From Paraspadella gotoi (Eukaryota > Animalia > Chaetognatha): 64,000 nt of DNA. Under the pieces are notes generated by a model that worked only from the letters and a program-made list of their open reading frames with translations, did not search any database and was not told where the DNA came from. The stretch spans positions 5,077,045 to 5,141,044 of the forward strand of contig CM119264.1 of NCBI GenBank assembly GCA_051294375.1. Reading direction: 5' to 3'. The translations under genes and the position numbers were made by a program. Positions 59,901-64,000 of this stretch are shown here, one piece after another; within the stretch, counting starts at the first letter, position 1, and each line of letters starts with the position of its first letter.

Positions 59901-62001
59901 ATTTCCCACCGTTGTTGTTTTTTCTTTGTTTGAGCGACGTCATGGGTCGGGTAAGGCTGACTGGAACTGCTGGTAGGTAAAAACGAAGTTAATGGTGGCA
60001 AAGAGGGAATGTATATATATATTATATAATATATATATATCGTAAGCGACTGAGAGAAACGGTGAGAGAGGCTGAACGGGAGAAGACCGGTGAGAGGGAA
60101 AGAGAGAAAGAGCGTGAATGAAAACCTAAACCCTGGACTCGACCCTGGATCTCCGAGAGGAGGGGGAGTAGGATGAAGAAAAATGACGCATGTTGAATCG
60201 GCTCTTTCTAGAAGTAAAGTTAAGTCTTTCTTGTCTTCTCGTTCGATGAACCCGGAACAATTTAATTATATTATATCTGTAACCATTAACTTTGGGTTCA
60301 TTAAAGGTCGCCGGAGAGTTTTTCATTAAGTTAAATTAGATTAAAATTTTCGTTTTACGTCTCGCAGTGATAAAAAAATTAATCATCCTGAAACCCTTTT
60401 ATGATTTTATTTCACTCAGTCAGTCGAAGATGGTGTTTTAGATTGTTTTACTACTGTTAATCCATTTTGCTATGAAAGAAGAAAAAAACATCAGAAGCAA
60501 GATTAGGATATTGCCATTAAAGTATATTACGATGAAGGAGAGCTAAGGGAAAGGTAAAAATAAAGAATATCCTCAAAAACACCTCTCTTTTCCATTTTAC
60601 TAACTAAGGAAAGAAATTGGCATCTTTGAGTGATGGTAAAGCGGCCTAAATTGCTTTTTCCGTTCTCCATTGGATAAATATTTTATTTGGAATTATTATC
60701 ACGCTTTTTTTCTGTGATATCTATGATCTATCTTAAAATCCTGGTAAGCAGGAGTAAACTTTGTTTTATGTTATTTAATTCAATATTTAATTTAATACCT
60801 TGGGATGGTGTGTTCCCCCTCTGAGCCAATGGTATTGGCTGAACGATGGTGAACGTGAGGCGGTGTGAATATACCGCCACAAAAGGTTTATTGTTATTCG
60901 CCGCGAGAAACTTTTTTTTTCAACCTTCACCCCTGGAACAAGTTAATCAAAAAACGTGTCAGCGAAGACTTTTTTTTCTGAGAGATGCCCTTTAAAATTA
61001 GTTATAGTGACGACAAAGATTACGAGGCCACGGGGTCAATGCCCTGTCGTCATTGTGGTCCTTGGGTCCTTTGGGTAGTGCCGCGATTAATTCCTTAACG
61101 ATATCTCTTTTCGTCCGCACCATGTTTTTGTTTAAAATAAAATTCTATTTTTGTTTAAAAAATAGTATAAAATTTTCATAATGACTTTATATTTTAAATA
61201 TTAAAAAAACAAAAACAAGCAACTCTGAATTTTAACTCGCGAACTGACTCCTTCATTTTCTTCATTCGACTTAACTTTTATTTTCACGCTTTTTAATTGA
61301 CTCGATGATTCGCTTTGTCGGTCAGTCATTCCGCCCATATTTTTTGGTCGGTAAATCTTTTAGAACATCTCAGCATATATCGCATTCTCAAATATACATT
61401 TTGTGTGTGCATTTTGTGTGTGCATAGGAAAGTGGGGGAATGAGCTAGATGCAAATGGAAATTGGGAAAAACAAACACTATTTGTTATGAATATCTAAAA
61501 CAACAGCCCTAATAATCGAAAAAAATTACTAAAACGACTTCGCCAACCAACGAGATAAAACCTTACAACCTTACTTGTGCACGAATCGTTGGCGCTGTCG
61601 CTGATTAGATGAACAACTAATGCTTAAGGGATGAAGACAATGATGAACAAAACAACAACAAAAACAATTAAGTTCACCGTTATCATTTGACGACCTGAGA
61701 AAATGNNNNNNNNNNGCAGGGCTCAGAGGAGGAACGCAACATCCCAAACGGGCGTTCTACCCGCATGTGGATTCCACTGTCCTTACCGCGCCAGTGACAG
61801 TTGGCGTCACTCTCAGAGTTTAGGCCTTCTTTTCTCACTGGGGAAAAATATTTAAAACTTTTCGGTTTTATTTAATACCCAGGAGCTTGACTTGTTAATT
61901 ACGAATATAAAAAAATGTTTATCTTTATCTCTAGCAATTTTTTTCTTTTTTAAAATAAAAATTACATTAAAAATCCTCATTCTTTTAGAATTTGTTATAA
62001 A

Positions 62002-62082
62002 TACTATCTAGGAAAAAAGTTAGAAACATTTTCGAGTAGATTTTTCAATTAAAAATGTTTCTAACTTTTTTCCTAGATAGTA
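62002..62082. repeat. Perfect 31-bp inverted repeat (tiny MITE-like hairpin) just upstream of the NAT start codon
   Basis: TACTATCTAGGAAAAAAGTTAGAAACATTTT, a 19-nt spacer, then AAAATGTTTCTAACTTTTTTCCTAGATAGTA; TA at both ends. Confidence 0.9.
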
Positions 62083-62132
62083 AGTGATATATAATCGATC
62101 ATTTTCTTTTTTATGCAGATCTTACGCAAAAA

Positions 62133-63839
62133 ATGAAAAGACTTGCATTGACCTCCCTTCAGAATCGATTTTTAGTGGAGCACCTTGTCTTACCGGATTT
62201 TGAAAAATATTTGCAACGAGATCGATTAGGATTTCTTAATTTGCTCGTTCAATCGTTTAGAGGTAAGCAAATATTGGCGCTGTTTTCCGAAAGCGCCTCA
62301 TTTCAGTTCCTAATCCCTAAACTTAATTTTAACTGAATTCTAAATTTAAGCTGAAATGTGGCGCTATAGAAAAAGATTTCCCAAGTGTTATTATAGCGAT
62401 TCATTTTGTTTTCATAGTGACGTGGGGATCAGATTAAAAATCATGTAAAAAAGATTCAAAATAAAAAAACAGTCTTAGAGAGAACACAACTATTTTTCAC
62501 GCATAATTTAATGTTAACTGACGAAATATTTCAGCAACGGTCAGTTTGCCGGTGACACCCATAGTACGGGATATTTCACCAACTGGCGTTGGGGCTTTTA
62601 ACTTTCAATGACTGCTTTCTGACACTGACACTAAAACAAAACAAAACAAACTAACAAAACACTGTTTTTCATTTACGTACAATAGATTTGTTCAACGCTG
62701 TTCCCTTTGACATTTAAATCTTGTCTTCTGGGTATTTTTTTTAAAATCGCCACAAAAACTTGCCACAATTTGACTATTTAAAAATGAATGATGAGTTTTA
62801 ACGTAGATTCACTTTTGAAAATAATAAATTATTAAAAATTAATATTGAATTTTTTCCCTTTTTTAATGTCCTATTTCCTACGAAAAAAGTAAAAGTTCCA
62901 TTCAATTCTCTTCAATATACATCATTGGTTCAACGAAGTTCCGGAGTCACACCAAGCATTGATTCGGATGCTCTTACAACTGAAATTCTGCGAGGCCATG
63001 GGGCGTCGTGTGCTTCAGCCAATGTCTTCATGGCTGACCTTCTGCGGCGTTTTGGCTTTGATGCTGGCATTATTGCTGGTTTTCCGGCTTCGGCACCCCG
63101 CCTAATCCCATCAGCGCTTCACTTAGCCGTTGTTGTAAACGAGAAACCTGGAGTTTTTCACTATATTGATGTAGGATCGACACTGCCAATTATTCAAGCA
63201 GTTCCAGTTGATATTTTCGCCTCTGAAATGGGTTCAACGGCGTCTGGATTTGTCACTAATTTTTGCTTCATAACCAAGAATAGCATGGAGAGTTTTATCT
63301 TAAAACAACATCACATGCTTTCTGAAAAAGATGTGACTATGGCTCAACAATTGTTATCGCGAATTAGTAAAAGATGCCCAATTGAAGGGAAAAAAGAAAA
63401 TAATTCCTGGATTATCAATTTTGTCGTCAATGATGAATGGCTATCTGCCGGGATTCCATTATTTGAAAGAATTCCTCATGGTGTTTGGTTTCCCTATCAG
63501 ATATTTCCATCAACAAGCCCGTTAACCCCGGAGAGAGTAAGGTCAATATTTGGGCGATTCCACATTAGCGGTGCTGAAAGTGCACGGCGCCAATGTGTTG
63601 TTTCTGGTTTTGGCGATAAATGGGGCGACTTCGTGATGTTCACTCGAGATAGGCGGGTTCGACGCGTCAATGGGTCAACGATCCCGATGGTAGAAGAAGC
63701 GAAAAATCTTGAAGAGCACAGCTCCGCTTTCAATGAAGAGTTTCCACGTTTGACGGATCAGTTCAGAGAAAATTTGATTTATTTGTCTAAATTTGAAAAT
63801 AAATTTTCAGAAAAGCTAGCTGTTGCTAGACAAAATTGA
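62133..63839 (+). CDS. NAT: Arylamine N-acetyltransferase family protein, two coding exons (62133-62262 and 62890 or 62896-63839), about 359 aa
   Basis: Phase-1 intron (AG|GTAAGC) joins in frame to KVPFNSL (cf. NAT PFENL). Catalytic triad motifs RGHGASCASAN (Cys), LHLAVVV (His) and YIDVG (Asp) occur in NAT order and spacing. Confidence 0.88.
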
Positions 63840-64000
63840 TAATGTGTTATATGTTGCATGGATATATTTATCAAAAAATTTGTAGTACTTCACTGTACAT
63901 TAGGGTGGAGTGATGAAAAGATTAAGCAAGTTAACAATATTTTTTGTTGCCTCTGCATATGTTATTAAAGATAATCATCCCTTTCAAAAATTTTTTTAGC

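Noticed and set aside
61025-61100. HDV-like ribozyme
   Set aside because: P1 and P3 can be drawn, but L3 is too long, the GG after P1 is displaced and no P2 partner exists.

Overview
AT-rich, intron-containing eukaryotic (animal-like) genomic DNA from a draft assembly with N gaps, duplicated gap flanks and some indel-rich stretches that look like raw reads. Most ORF-track entries are artefacts of microsatellites or gaps, so the genes below were rebuilt by hand from splice sites. Genes: a minus-strand SLC36/PAT-type amino-acid transporter (2261-4837, frameshifted); the 5' end of another minus-strand ORF at the left edge; an unlisted 4-exon plus-strand gene (9506-13837) encoding about 401 aa with three GPCR-like TM helices and an SPYRSP-repeat tail; a small secreted Cys-containing protein (28850-29240); a fragmentary Trp- and Asp/Asn-rich gene (48700-54119) with a natural tryptophan-zipper motif; and a two-exon arylamine N-acetyltransferase (62133-63839). 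Mobile DNA: a degraded Gypsy LTR element (54376-58160) that appears to carry an OTU-like protease domain between RNase H and integrase; a tandem TRIM with a tRNA-Trp PBS; Penelope-type minimal hammerhead ribozymes, one in an inverted repeat with 12-bp direct repeats; DINE-1/HINE-like elements; long-TIR foldback elements; and a probable tRNA-derived SINE. All family assignments come from motif recognition by eye, not from database searches.
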